A stretch of 64,000 nucleotides of DNA from Trypanosoma brucei (Eukaryota), in assembly GCA_000002445.1 (NCBI GenBank), contig CH464491.1, positions 192,001 through 256,000 on the forward strand, written 5' to 3'. The notes beneath the pieces were generated by a model. That model saw only the letters and a list, made by a program, of their open reading frames with translations, did no database searches and was not told where the DNA came from. The position numbers and the translations under genes were made by a program. Within the stretch, counting starts at the first letter, position 1. Each line of letters begins with the position of its first letter. Shown here piece after piece: positions 1 through 10,951 of the stretch.

Positions 1-734
1 ACAGCAAAATATAAGAAGACTCGCTAATAGTGGTACAGAAGTGGAGTGGATTGAATTGTAAAAAGAAAGCAGAAAAGAAAGATGAGAGGTGCTTATTTAA
101 AAATATGTAATAACGGGAAATGTGCACTCTCTCGTGCCAAAATACTTGTCCTCACCGATACGCACGATGGGCGAGAACGGAACATGAAGATCCTCGGAGG
201 AAGTTAGGTAGATTAATAATGGGAAGGTTGATGCTCAATAAGAAACGTATGATATGAGAAGCGATGGGAGAAGAAGAAACAGGTAAAGGGGAAAATAATG
301 GTAACTAAAGGGCTGACTGTCGCGAATGAATGACTGAAATTCAGCAGCTCTGTTTTCGGCTCGTGCGTGGGGGGGGAATGGAGGGAAGGGGTGACGTTGG
401 CAGGAGGAGGTGTGGAGTCTGTGAGTGCGTGGACCTAACACTGCGCCGTCTGGAGGGTTCGGTATTTCGGTTCTCAATTCTTCGCGCCTTTTTCTTCCTT
501 GCTTTTCTCCCGTATTTTCTCCCGAAACTTTTGGGGGGATGAGGAGGAGGAGAGTTGGAGTACAGCAGCCTCTTTTGTGCTTCCCTTGCAGTTGCTTATT
601 GATGTTTTTTGTTTTTGCTGAAGGACAGCCTCCTGAATGTTACAGTTTCCCTTTTGCGTATCACGTCTATCTTGAGAGTGAAACAAATTGTATCTTTGAG
701 CACCCAATAGTTTTGCGAGGGATATTCCCCAGAG

Positions 735-810
735 CCTCGTCTTTTGCCTCGTTTTCTTTCCTCTGCATCCTTTTCCTCCACCTGTGTACTTTCCTTTACA
801 GCAAGGTGTG
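735..810 (+). promoter_or_regulatory. Polypyrimidine tract plus AG dinucleotide (putative spliced-leader trans-splice acceptor) upstream of the Skp1-like gene
   Basis: gcctcgtcttttgcctcgttttctttcctctgcatccttttcctccacctgtgtactttcctttacAG lies ~30 nt before ATG 839. In kinetoplastids this is the standard SL-addition signal. Confidence 0.55.
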
Positions 811-838
811 CGGTGGTCATTTGTCGCTGAGTGTGTGC

Positions 839-1576
839 ATGGCGTCAGAGAAGTCACTACAACCTCTGGAACTCCAGTTCACCACGCGTTGCTCCAATGA
901 CGACACTTCGGAAACGGACGCTCACTGTGTACGAGTATGCCTTGAAGGTGGCGTTGTCTTCCAGTGCCCTGCGTCGATGCTGCGTGAGGGTTGTTTGGCA
1001 ATGTCGGAATTATTTCCTCCGGGGAGCGCCACATCGGGGAATGCGACCGCCGGAGATAACGTGAAGCTACCCGCTCTTTCGATAGAGGGCAGGGCTTTTG
1101 AAAATGTGGCGCTGTATCTGGAGCACTTTTACAACGTACCAGCATCCGATTCCCCCGTGGACTGTGATGCTGCGACCGACCTGAAGGATATTCGTCCAAC
1201 GAGTTTGTCGTGCCCCCTCCAATTCCAGGAGTTGTACGAACTCACGGAGTGGGAACACCGGTTCGTTGTGCAGCGACTACTCATGCTCCCTAGAGAGAAG
1301 TGGTATCTATGTAAGGAGGGGAAATGGGTAGATTTAATTTCAGGAGCGGGGGTAGCACGGGGGATGATGATAGACGTTTCGCATCTCTTGCGTGTGTTAA
1401 ACGCTGCTGTTACATTAGACATTCCACCGCTGCGTTGCCTGTGTGGTGCGGTTTTCGCTAACTTGTTGTTGGATTTGGATGAGGTGGACATGTTGGAGTT
1501 GATGGGTGTCAAGGAACAGTTGGGGCCGGAGGAAGAACAGGCGCTTGTTAAAGCTTACCCGTGGCTAAGCCTGTAG
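839..1576 (+). CDS. Skp1-like protein (SCF ubiquitin ligase adaptor family)
   Basis: Translation from the first ATG after a pyrimidine tract plus AG (MASEKS...). The C-terminal half resembles Skp1, including the terminal EEEQALVKAYPW motif (Skp1 ends ...EEE..R.EN.W). A POZ/BTB-like N-terminal half carries an insert. The upstream part of the track ORF (425-838) is pyrimidine-rich and GTG-initiated, and is treated as UTR. Confidence 0.6.
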   Translation: MASEKSLQPLELQFTTRCSNDDTSETDAHCVRVCLEGGVVFQCPASMLREGCLAMSELFPPGSATSGNATAGDNVKLPALSIEGRAFENVALYLEHFYNVPASDSPVDCDAATDLKDIRPTSLSCPLQFQELYELTEWEHRFVVQRLLMLPREKWYLCKEGKWVDLISGAGVARGMMIDVSHLLRVLNAAVTLDIPPLRCLCGAVFANLLLDLDEVDMLELMGVKEQLGPEEEQALVKAYPWLSL

Positions 1577-1674
1577 CGGCTGTTTGTGTGGTGTACTGGG
1601 GCTCTTCAAAGTCTCCCTGCGGAGCGGGTTGGTGGCGGGAACATACCGTTGGCAACCTGTTTCGGTCACTGTAC

Positions 1675-1697
1675 TTTTTTTTTTTGGGGGGGGGGAA
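1675..1697. repeat. Abutting homopolymers T13 then G10
   Basis: …gtactttttttttttttggggggggggaatggg… lies in the Skp1-like/cyclin intergenic region. Confidence 0.85.
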
Positions 1698-2418
1698 TGG
1701 GTGTTGACGAGGCTTCACACGTGTGGCAAAAGCCTACTTGCTCCCGCAGAGGGAGACCTGTGTAGTTCTTCACTTCTGCCTTACCGTACCCTCGCGTTCA
1801 AATGCGTCGTGGCCGCTTAACATGCCTTTTCCTCCGTCTAACCCGTCTCATTTTGAGTTGGGGTGCACTGGAATCCCACATACTGACGAACTTCGTTGTG
1901 GTTTATAGGCGTTTTGTCGAGGTTATTGCACCGCAAAGTCCTATTGCCCAGTCACGGACCGACATGATCGAGTCGGATGGACTTTGGGAAATGCGGGCTT
2001 CGTGTGCGGATCATCTTATGTGTGCCGTTTCAATCTTGTGTTATGTGCTGCTCCGCGGAAGTTCCGTAGGTGTACCAGAGGCATATCTACGTTCTTCCGT
2101 CCTCAGTCACTTCAACACTATATCGAGGGGAATCTCCTTCGTTTTCTTTTTTGCGGGGAACTCCCCGCCCGCTGATATTTCCAATGCTGCTTTTTTCCTC
2201 CCATCGTTTCGATGTGCGGTAGTCTGTGGAGAGATAGGCAATTTTCAAGACAAATAGGAAAGCAACGAGGAACCGATAAGGGATTTGCTTTCGAGGTTTA
2301 ATAGGGCAAATTCAAAAATTATTACTTTTGCGTCGAAGGTTAGTCGACGAGGGAGGTCCGTTTTTTTGTTTCCTTTCCCTATTTTGGTTGATTTCTTCCT
2401 TTTGGAGGGATCGTAATC

Positions 2419-4263
2419 ATGGGGTTTAGCGACGGAGCCGTTGTCAAACTGCTACACGAAATCGTAGGCGATCAAAGTGTTCCCCAAGTGGAACAATTCC
2501 CAAGTTTTGGTGGCCTTCGAAAGCATGATTTCCCCACTCCATTGGTTTTCGTGTTCTGTGGTGAGAGTTGGCCGACTTCTTTACAATCCTGTTCCTTACA
2601 AGAAATGGGAAGTTGCTCTTTCTCCATGGCGCCAGACGACTCACTCACATCACTGCAGCTTGAGCCGCTTTCGATTATTGATGAGGAGGGATCTGCATCC
2701 GGTGACTGCGGTTCGCGAGGGGCTCTGATGACTCGGTTCCAACTGGTGGGCACAGTGTTTGTCATAGAACGTTATCAACTCTTTTCCACGAAAGACTCGG
2801 CATCTAAATCATTTTCAGAAGAATGCAACGAGGTGACTAGGTCGACTGTCATTGTCCGCGTTACGATTGATGCAAGCAGATCTCTTGGTGACCAGAAGGT
2901 TGTGGCTCGCCCAGTGGTGCTCTCGGAGGATGAGGGATTGCACCATGCGTTTTTTAACACCCTCAAACCAGTGGTTCGGTTGAACATGTCGAATTGTGAT
3001 GAAGCTTCCGACAGTAGCGCCACATTTGGTAGTTCACCGAGCGATGCGGAGAGTGGTCAGGGCCTTTCAGGATCACAAAGTAGTGGAGACAGCAACAGTG
3101 ACTGGACTAATGGCCTATCCTATGGAAATTGTGCTGCGGAGCCCACGCCACTTCACCCGAATCCAGTTGATTCGCACCCGGCGCCTGGCACTGTTCATGG
3201 TGATGCCGTGGACAAGGCCTGTGAACCGTCCATTTTTCCAAGTGCATCACTTCCTACTGGTTTCGATCTCCGCCGCGCAACAATTTACAGCATGCTTGAT
3301 CAAGAAGCGTACCAGAACATTGATGTGTACAGGGGTTGGAATAATTTAACCGATGAGTGGAGTGACGTGAGCCGCCCCGCTGTTGTTAACCTCATCGACG
3401 TTATCGTCACCTGTTTGAAGTGTTCACGCGCTGCCGCACATGCTGCTATCTCGTACTTAGACGCCTACGTGGCCGGCGTGGACAACCTGCCGAGGGGGCG
3501 GACTTTCTTCAGCGGCATTGTTCATGCCTGCGCTGTTTTGGGTTGCAAACAGGTGGATCATTTCTTTTCTCCAACCAAGCAGTTTATGGAGTACCTTCGT
3601 TCCTCTTGCCGGATTACTGGGAAGGACTTTGTTCGCTTTGAGCTTGAGGTGCTGGTAAAACTGGACTTCCGCCTGCAGCAGCTTACATCTTTGGAGATTG
3701 TTGAAACCCTCCTGCACCTCTGTGGTGGCGCTGCTATCGAGGAGGCACTGGAGGCACGGTGCCGACGGCGGGAACTGGCTCGTTGGGACAAAGCTGCTGC
3801 GTGGGATGCAGAGAGCACAACAAAGGTTGACTGTGAGGGCACTTTACGGGGCTTGGACCAATGGTTGAAGCTTTGTGACTGTGCTCGCCTCCTTAACGAC
3901 GTTGTTGTGCGTGAGACAAGGTCGACGATGCTCCGTCCCGTCGTTTTAGGCGTTGCAATCGTGGTGGTTGCGGCAAGGTGGGTCGCGTACCGCCTTCCAC
4001 AACCACTGCTTGAATTAGTCCCCACGAGGTTCGCAAGCGCAGCGTGGGCTGATGAGGGGCCAGTGTTGGACGAAATGAGCTTCCAGCTTCTGGTCACCTT
4101 TGCCGAACGCGCGAGGTTGCGTGACGACGATCAAGCCCATTGTGGCATCGGTGAGGAATTGATTACAGGCCTTGAGTTTGTCGAAGAGTGCCTTCGGTTT
4201 TGTGACGGAGGGACTCTGGACGAGGTTCTTCGCCAGCGGTATCGTCACACATTAAAATCATAG
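2419..4263 (+). CDS. Cyclin-box protein, PHO80-like cyclin (putative)
   Basis: A 614-aa ORF with ATG at 2419. The C-terminal third (~aa 330-470: ...AVVNLIDVIVTCLKCSRAAAHAAISYLDAYV...IVHACAVLGCKQVD...FELEVLVKLDFRL) matches the cyclin fold pattern of PHO80-type cyclins. The N-terminal 300 aa is Ser/Asp-rich low complexity; the true start may be downstream. Confidence 0.5.
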   Translation: MGFSDGAVVKLLHEIVGDQSVPQVEQFPSFGGLRKHDFPTPLVFVFCGESWPTSLQSCSLQEMGSCSFSMAPDDSLTSLQLEPLSIIDEEGSASGDCGSRGALMTRFQLVGTVFVIERYQLFSTKDSASKSFSEECNEVTRSTVIVRVTIDASRSLGDQKVVARPVVLSEDEGLHHAFFNTLKPVVRLNMSNCDEASDSSATFGSSPSDAESGQGLSGSQSSGDSNSDWTNGLSYGNCAAEPTPLHPNPVDSHPAPGTVHGDAVDKACEPSIFPSASLPTGFDLRRATIYSMLDQEAYQNIDVYRGWNNLTDEWSDVSRPAVVNLIDVIVTCLKCSRAAAHAAISYLDAYVAGVDNLPRGRTFFSGIVHACAVLGCKQVDHFFSPTKQFMEYLRSSCRITGKDFVRFELEVLVKLDFRLQQLTSLEIVETLLHLCGGAAIEEALEARCRRRELARWDKAAAWDAESTTKVDCEGTLRGLDQWLKLCDCARLLNDVVVRETRSTMLRPVVLGVAIVVVAARWVAYRLPQPLLELVPTRFASAAWADEGPVLDEMSFQLLVTFAERARLRDDDQAHCGIGEELITGLEFVEECLRFCDGGTLDEVLRQRYRHTLKS

Positions 4264-7206
4264 GGATAAATTTTTAAGGGTCATCTTTAAGGGAAATGAG
4301 AACATTTTTTCCCTCTCTTTTTGCGTATGTGATGGATGGGGTGATCATTCATAGAAACTTTCAATTTGTTAATTACCAATGTGTGATTCTTCACATGCGG
4401 GTTTAATACTGCGTGCCGTTACACAATTCGTGCGGCCGTTTATATGAATTACTTTATGTTTGTTGGGATGGTAAAGGTACAGTTTTTTTAAAAAGGGAAA
4501 TTTGATATTCGTAATTGGATGAGGGAGGTGTTGAGAGCCGTTTTTAAAACGTGCGCACTCCCACAAATTCACATGCCAGAAAAAAATAATAATAACAGAA
4601 AAATAATGAGGTAAAAGTAGCATGAAGTGAATGAAGACGTCATATGGTAAATAATGGATGGTAAAACATAAACTGACATCATTGAATTTTGTTTTTATAG
4701 GAAGGTGAAAGAAAACATGGGTGTGTTAGAAGGCGAAGGACAGCGGCGTAGCGCTGCATGTTGTATGTGGCATGCAGTTGGTTTGTGGACTTTAGGTTCC
4801 TCCAACTGCTGCTCGCGTAGGGGACTAATGAAGGAGGTGAGATTTTCATTTGCTTTTTTTTTTTATTTTGCCGTGTTTATCTTCTTTTCTACTTTCACTC
4901 CTTTCCTTCTTTTTCTATCGTTTAGGAATGGGGGCCGTGCTATCAGAAAGGAGGCTTTTACCTCATTGAAAGGAATGCACTGACACGCCCCGTTGGTGTC
5001 GATTTTCGTGTTATGGGCCCATTTCCATTTCCATTTTGTTTCCGCTGTTATTATTATTATTTTTATGTTTTTCTTTTTATTTGGAGTGTGCAAGGGAGGG
5101 TAGTTTGTTTGTTTGTGTTATGTTTTGTTGTGTCGTGCTTTTTTTTTGTTTTCTGCTGGTGAGGAACATGGGACAATGTTGAAATATTTCTGTTTGGACC
5201 GCTCCGTAAGAGGCAGTCTCATGTGTGGAGCCCTTTTTTTTTTCCATTGTTTAGGTGAGAAGATGACGGAGAAGAAAAAGTGGTGCACTTCAAGTGGGCA
5301 TTTTAATTCTCCCCCATACTTTTTCCTTTTCCCATATGAAGAATTTTGGTTTTTATTCCCCTTCATTTATATCTTTATTTTTCGTCTTTGTAGTTCTTTT
5401 GAACAAAAGAAAACAGAAAACTTCGCCATTCTCTCGTTGGTTGTGTGCTACTTTTTACTCGAGGTGATTCTTCTTCTTGTACAAGTGCCCGCAACCGTGG
5501 GTGTTTATTTTTCGTACCGTTGACTTTCTTGAGGGGAGAAGCAGAAGAAGAAATGATCCCACTGAGGTGTGGCACTAACGATAATAAAGGCTATAAGAAA
5601 CATGGGAAATAGAACAAGTTTGTGAGACCTTGTTCTCGCTGTGTTTTCTATTCCCTATTTATGCCCTATTTCTATTGTTTCGCGTCACGTTATGATGGTG
5701 ATAGTCCCTTAGGAGTCGATTATGAGGTTGCTGGGCTACACCTCCAGTGTACCGACGGGGCCGGTTGTGTGAAGATGCGGTTATTACCGCTTTGTCAACA
5801 CGCGGCGGTCTTGTGCCTTTTTTTTTATTTCCGCCGGTGTGGTTCCCCTACACTGCATTTTCTGTTGTTTTTTTTCTTCTACCCTCCAGCATTTTTTTTT
5901 TGACATTTGTTTTGTTCTTGGTTTGCCGCGCCACCTTCCCTCCCCCCCTCCGCGTATGTTACAGTGTCTCAAGCCCATGTGCCGTCAAAAAGCCCATTTT
6001 TGTGGCGCCAACAACCAAAACAAGTAACAGAGTGGATGGAAACGTGAGAAACGTGGGAGGACGAAAATATTCAAAAAAGCAGCGCAGCTGCAGGTGTGGT
6101 GGCGCAAACGGGAATTACAGCAAGTTGACATGTGTTATCCCCCCCCTTTTGACTCTAGCATTTCTTTAGCATAAATTTTCATTCATTTTTTCCCCATCAT
6201 TTTTTTGTTCTTATTTTTCAGCCTTTCTTTCCCACGCGGCGCGGTGCCTCAGTGGCCTTTTGTGTGTATCTAGACGCGCAGGCTCTCATTTTGTTGAAGC
6301 GTTATGCGGGGTTGTGGTGAAGGTTCGTTGTTTACCGACGTTCACTTATTTTTCATTTTTCTACTCGCTTATTATTTTTCCTTTCTTTTTCCGTTTTATC
6401 TTTATGCTTTTGTTGTATTTATTTTTCGTTTTTTTCTTTGTTAAAATAATTGTGTGGGTAAAAAAAAATATTTTTTTGCCAGATCTTTCCTCCTTATTTT
6501 TAAAAAAAAAATATGAAACGTATATGTGTGTGTTATATCCGTTTCAGCTTAATGGAGGTGCGGCCGTGGTATGTGTTTTCTCCACCTTGTTCCGTTTCAT
6601 GTGCCGGCGTCATGGGGGTAGAGGTGTAAGGAGAATAGAGAAAAGTAAAGAAGTTACCCCCTAGCCATGAGAGCATTGTGTTAATTCACTTTGTGAATGA
6701 TGCCGCTACATAAAACAGAAAGTCATACGTTTTAAATAGAGAGGGGAGGAAAGTGTGCCACACAAAGGCAGAGTACGTACGCTGCTTTTGTGAGATTTGA
6801 GCGCCTCTACAACCCACTTCTGTTGTATTTCTCGTTACCGTGATGGTTAATGCTGTTAATTTATTGGGTTGCGGCAACGGTCGGCATTTCCTCCACTGTA
6901 ATTATTGAATGAGTGAAGAAACCGCAGGTTCTGTGAGAGTGTTTTTAATAGTAGGAGGTGTAGTGAGCAAAATATTTATGTAGAGTACAAGGAAACTAAT
7001 GTTAGTGAGTGCTGGGTAAGTATATGAATGAACAGGGGGGAGGGTACTGAAGAGTTTTGAGGAGTATCTTTGAAAGGTTATTGGGGATATAAAGGGGCTT
7101 CCTCGCACTTCAGGAAAAAGAGGATTGGAAGCAAAAATGAAGTGAGGATGACGTATGGCGAACTGCTCGCCGTATCTTATGGACACGTTCACGTGTTTGA
7201 CATATC

Positions 7207-7217
7207 GGGGGGGGGGG
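7207..7217. repeat. G11 homopolymer
   Basis: catatcggggggggggggatgc read directly. Confidence 0.85.
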
Positions 7218-9277
7218 ATGCAGTATTTTTGTGATAATGGGAAATAAGAATATGAAACGAAGTGAGTGTGGGAGGAGGCATCAGGTCAAAATAGAGGGGA
7301 AGATAAGCTAAATAACTAATGATGAATGTGATTAGACAATGAGGATGGGACGATATCAATACATGTATATCAACTGGGAGACCCTTCTGTGTGATGTGAT
7401 CACTTGGTTGACTGTTTGCCCGTTTGGTGTGTTTTTGCTTTCTGCATGGACAAAGAGAAAAGATGGGGAAAAAAGAAGCCGCAACGCATCTGATATGTCG
7501 TGTGTCATGTTTTTAAGCCACCGCGTCTCTGCAGGGGATGACAGGGGTCAAAAGTACTTGGCGCCGGTGTCTCGGCTGGTCCCCACGGATTTTTCTTTTG
7601 TATCGATCACCTCCCCTCCCTCCCTCTACCTCGCGCTCCGTTTTTATCTGAACCCATTTTTTTTTTTTTTTGAGTTCCCTATTTTTGGGCATACCAGAGA
7701 GGTGAAGGAACGAAAACGAAAACGGCAAAAGCGAGTGATATGCCTGTTGATGAGGGGTCGCTCAGTTTACTGTTTCCTTTAGTTATTACTGGGGAAAGTT
7801 TTTTACTTTGTATTCCGGGGCTTTCGCCTTTTCAGTTTTCTGCTTCCAGTGACCCATTGCCCAGAAGCCGTTCTTAACATTATCAGTATTATCATTACCT
7901 TCTCTTTTCCCGAAGACTGTATTGGTATTAAGTACATTCTTGTGTTTTTTTTTCCTCCTTGCTTACCCCCTCCACTACAGTTACTTCTGCTATCATATAT
8001 ATTTATATATACATATATTGTTGTATTTCCATACATCTCTGCCCTGGCTCTTTCACCTCGAACTCCGTTTTTATCTACGCAAGAAACATTGTCGGTTCGT
8101 TGTCCATTTGTACCTTTTCGGCACGAGAGTCAAGGGGGACTGCCGTGGTTGAAACAGTTGAGTAAGAATGGAACGAAATGGAGAAGGTGATGCGAGAGTA
8201 TATCTTGAAGGGCTACGCGCGTATTGCCGGCAACTACAGAGTGCCAGACTTAAAGAGAAAAAAAACTGGTAGTGCAGACGTTTATACATGTATATGCACA
8301 AAAACACACGTATTTCCCTTCTTGTTTTAAAAAATGCTTGCGTTGTGTATATTTGTATATATATACGTATATACATTTTCCTGAGAGCGTTGTTCCACGC
8401 TAGCGTTCCAATGTCCCCACAATATCCCATGTTCCCCTTTGTTTTATTTGCTTCCTTTTTACTCCATTTTTTGTCAAAGAATTCTTATATATAAATATAT
8501 ATTTTTCAACCCCAGCTTTTTCTTTTGTAAAAGCTGTTATGTTTACCTCACAGCAACTCGTGCGCGGGCGGCCCCTTCTGCAGGCCCTAGTCGCCCGTGG
8601 TTACTTTTTTTTGTTTAACCTACCAACTGTTCCGTAGTTTTGCTTTCTCATTTGTTTCTCCACCTTTCCTTCTCTTTCGCGTGATGTTAACGTCTGTTCT
8701 CTAAGGATATGTATAGTAAGAACAATGGCCCAGGTAACAGCAGCAAAGGTATGAGCAGGAAATGCTCCTTTTGCCATAACCCAACCGCTCAGGAATATCG
8801 CGGCAGTATTAACAAAAAATAAAGCCCTCATTATTGTTCTGTCCAGAAGTTGGCTGTGATAAGTTGTGCAGAGGGGGAAGTGCTCTTGTGTTATATTACG
8901 CATATGTTTGTTTGTTTGTGTGTGTGTGTTTGTGCTAATCCGCTGGTTGTTGAGGTTCTGCTTGACTACATCGCCCCGTTGTTGCTGGTTGTGGATGGGA
9001 TTTGGCGAATTGACCACCTTAAAGGGTGAATATTAGTGAAACAAGATAGTGTTTGAATGTCACTCGTGCCAACTTTTCTTCCAGACCTCTTTGAATTCCC
9101 TTTTGTTTTTTTAAATCCTTCTATTCCCCCTTTTTTGTAAGAGACGAACATAGTAGTTTTGTTGCACTGGCCAAGTGCGGCAGCAAGCGTGACTTTTTTT
9201 TTTTTTTAAAAGTTTCGGCTGATTTGTACAGAGGTGCTTGGGAAAGTGGACAGTTATACGGTACTAGAACCTGCCGC

Positions 9278-10951
9278 ATGCCCTTGAATTCATCTCACCG
9301 CGAGCGTGTTTCTGTCGGCGGCTTAACTCCATGTATCAAAAAAGCAACTGTCACGGCGCCTGAAACGGCCTTTACGAGCCACGGCGGAGGTCATCGGGTG
9401 CTGGATGTTGCGGCGTCGGGGAGTGAAGGATTGCACCCTGACTCTGGGGAGGGGCAGCGCCTGCATCCAATGAGTGATTTTGAGAGTCTTTACAAAGTGC
9501 GCAGACAACTTGGCAGTGGAGGATACAGCGTTGTATTTGAGGTTGTCGATTGCATTACTCACGAGCGAAAGGCAGCAAAATTTGTCGTTGGAAAGGTGGA
9601 GCGCCGGGCTGCGCGTGCCCGTCTTACTGGCCCAGTGGAGTTGAGGCTGCACGGTGATGGGAGAAACGGTGATAGACGGAAGGTAAGTAGTATCGGCGGG
9701 TTGGAGAAGGCACGGAGTGCCAACAGCCGGCCGACGGTCTCAGACTCGCTTGTCAAGGAGGTGGCGATGGGGTTAATGGCGCAACACGCAAACCTTGTGC
9801 ACACCAGTGACGTGTTTGTACACGACACGGAGGATCTTCGACGTCGCCTGCGGGAATATGCTCCACAGTTATCACTGGAAACGGTGCGGCGATCTGAGGG
9901 CGCTGGTCCGTATGACGTCGCACGGGGTGCTGCTTGCGGTGAATCACCGTCGAAATCGTGGCAACCTCACAGATTGCGCCAGCGGAGTGGTGGTAGTGGG
10001 AGCGATACCACTGCTTCGGTAAGAGGCGGGGATGCGCCAATTTTGCATGAGTGCAACACATCTTCGGCCGACCAGATCACACAAGGAGTGGAAACGGCTA
10101 AACGCTACCTGCAGGAAAGTCGGGTTCAATGCATTCTAGTGATGGAGTTGTTGACCGGAAATGATCTGTTTACACTGGTGTCCCGCGGTCCGCTGAACGA
10201 AAGAATGGCTGCATCGTACATGTTTGACCTCTTTCTTGCCCTCCGGTATCTGCATAATCGTAACATTGTTCACCGTGATGTCAAGGTCGAGAACATGGCG
10301 CTTGACAGTGAGAACAGGGTTCGACTTATTGACTACGGTTTCTGTGAAGTATTACGGAGGTCAGGGGATGCCAACCCGAATGGTGTTGAGGGTAAGAACC
10401 CTGAGGGTTTGCTCACACAGTTTTGTGGTTCACACCATTATGTAGCTCCAGAAGTTATCACTAGTGCGTGGCTCACCCGACACGGATCGAAGAATAGCGA
10501 AACAACCACTCACTCGGGTGTGAGCCTTCCGCCCATTGCACAACTATCTGCTACCGGAGCCCCGCCTCCGAAAGAGAGCGTGGAGGGTTGTGTCGTTGGC
10601 CGGCAGAATGTGGGATCTGCTGGGGCCCTTCGTACGCACCTAACCCGAAGGGGTGTAGGGTATGGCCTCTCTGCCGACATTTGGTCTGCGGGTATTGTAA
10701 TGTTCGTGTTGCTGCACTCAGCATTCCCATACCATGACGAGCGCCGCAGTAGGCTCCTTAAAATGATCGTATCCAACAAGCGGTCATTGGGGAGCGCGTC
10801 GCGTTTAAGCAGTGATGCAAGGGATCTGCTGCGAAAGTTGCTCACTCACGATGCCAGTCGGCGTCCGCCGGTAAATGAGGTATTGGAACACTGTTGGTTT
10901 AGAAAACAATTAGGAGAAAAGGTGGGAGGGAAACTATCGCTCGTGGCGTAA
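9278..10951 (+). CDS. Serine/threonine protein kinase with large inserts in the N-lobe and C-lobe
   Basis: Motifs seen: glycine loop LGSGGYSVV, VAIK-type lysine (AAKFV), catalytic loop HRDVKVEN, DFG variant DYGF, APE (YVAPEV), DIWSAG. The track start 9224 is TTG; the first ATG is 9278. There is a ~120-aa insert between beta4 and beta5 and a ~65-aa insert between APE and subdomain IX. Confidence 0.8.
   Translation: MPLNSSHRERVSVGGLTPCIKKATVTAPETAFTSHGGGHRVLDVAASGSEGLHPDSGEGQRLHPMSDFESLYKVRRQLGSGGYSVVFEVVDCITHERKAAKFVVGKVERRAARARLTGPVELRLHGDGRNGDRRKVSSIGGLEKARSANSRPTVSDSLVKEVAMGLMAQHANLVHTSDVFVHDTEDLRRRLREYAPQLSLETVRRSEGAGPYDVARGAACGESPSKSWQPHRLRQRSGGSGSDTTASVRGGDAPILHECNTSSADQITQGVETAKRYLQESRVQCILVMELLTGNDLFTLVSRGPLNERMAASYMFDLFLALRYLHNRNIVHRDVKVENMALDSENRVRLIDYGFCEVLRRSGDANPNGVEGKNPEGLLTQFCGSHHYVAPEVITSAWLTRHGSKNSETTTHSGVSLPPIAQLSATGAPPPKESVEGCVVGRQNVGSAGALRTHLTRRGVGYGLSADIWSAGIVMFVLLHSAFPYHDERRSRLLKMIVSNKRSLGSASRLSSDARDLLRKLLTHDASRRPPVNEVLEHCWFRKQLGEKVGGKLSLVA

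Noticed and set aside
1802-2257. 151-aa + strand ORF between the Skp1-like gene and the cyclin-like gene
   Set aside because: It has no domain, it ends in F/pyrimidine-rich low complexity, and there is no clear poly-Y/AG context. It is more likely 3'UTR/spacer. Could be revisited with transcript data.
5113-8430. Multiple 100-150 aa ORFs in the 5 kb spacer (5113-5523, 5747-6169, 6260-6664, 7339-7782, 8071-8430 -)
   Set aside because: Their translations are dominated by F/L/S/P homopolymeric low complexity, as expected for T- and C-rich spacer DNA read in frame. There is no domain signal.
425-9277. Several track 'M' starts (425, 9224, 17183, 22067, 26102, 34027, 44981, 46574, 49858, 54807)
   Set aside because: Direct reading shows these codons are GTG/TTG, so the track uses bacterial start rules. 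A eukaryotic nuclear gene should start at ATG, so starts were moved to the first in-frame ATG downstream.
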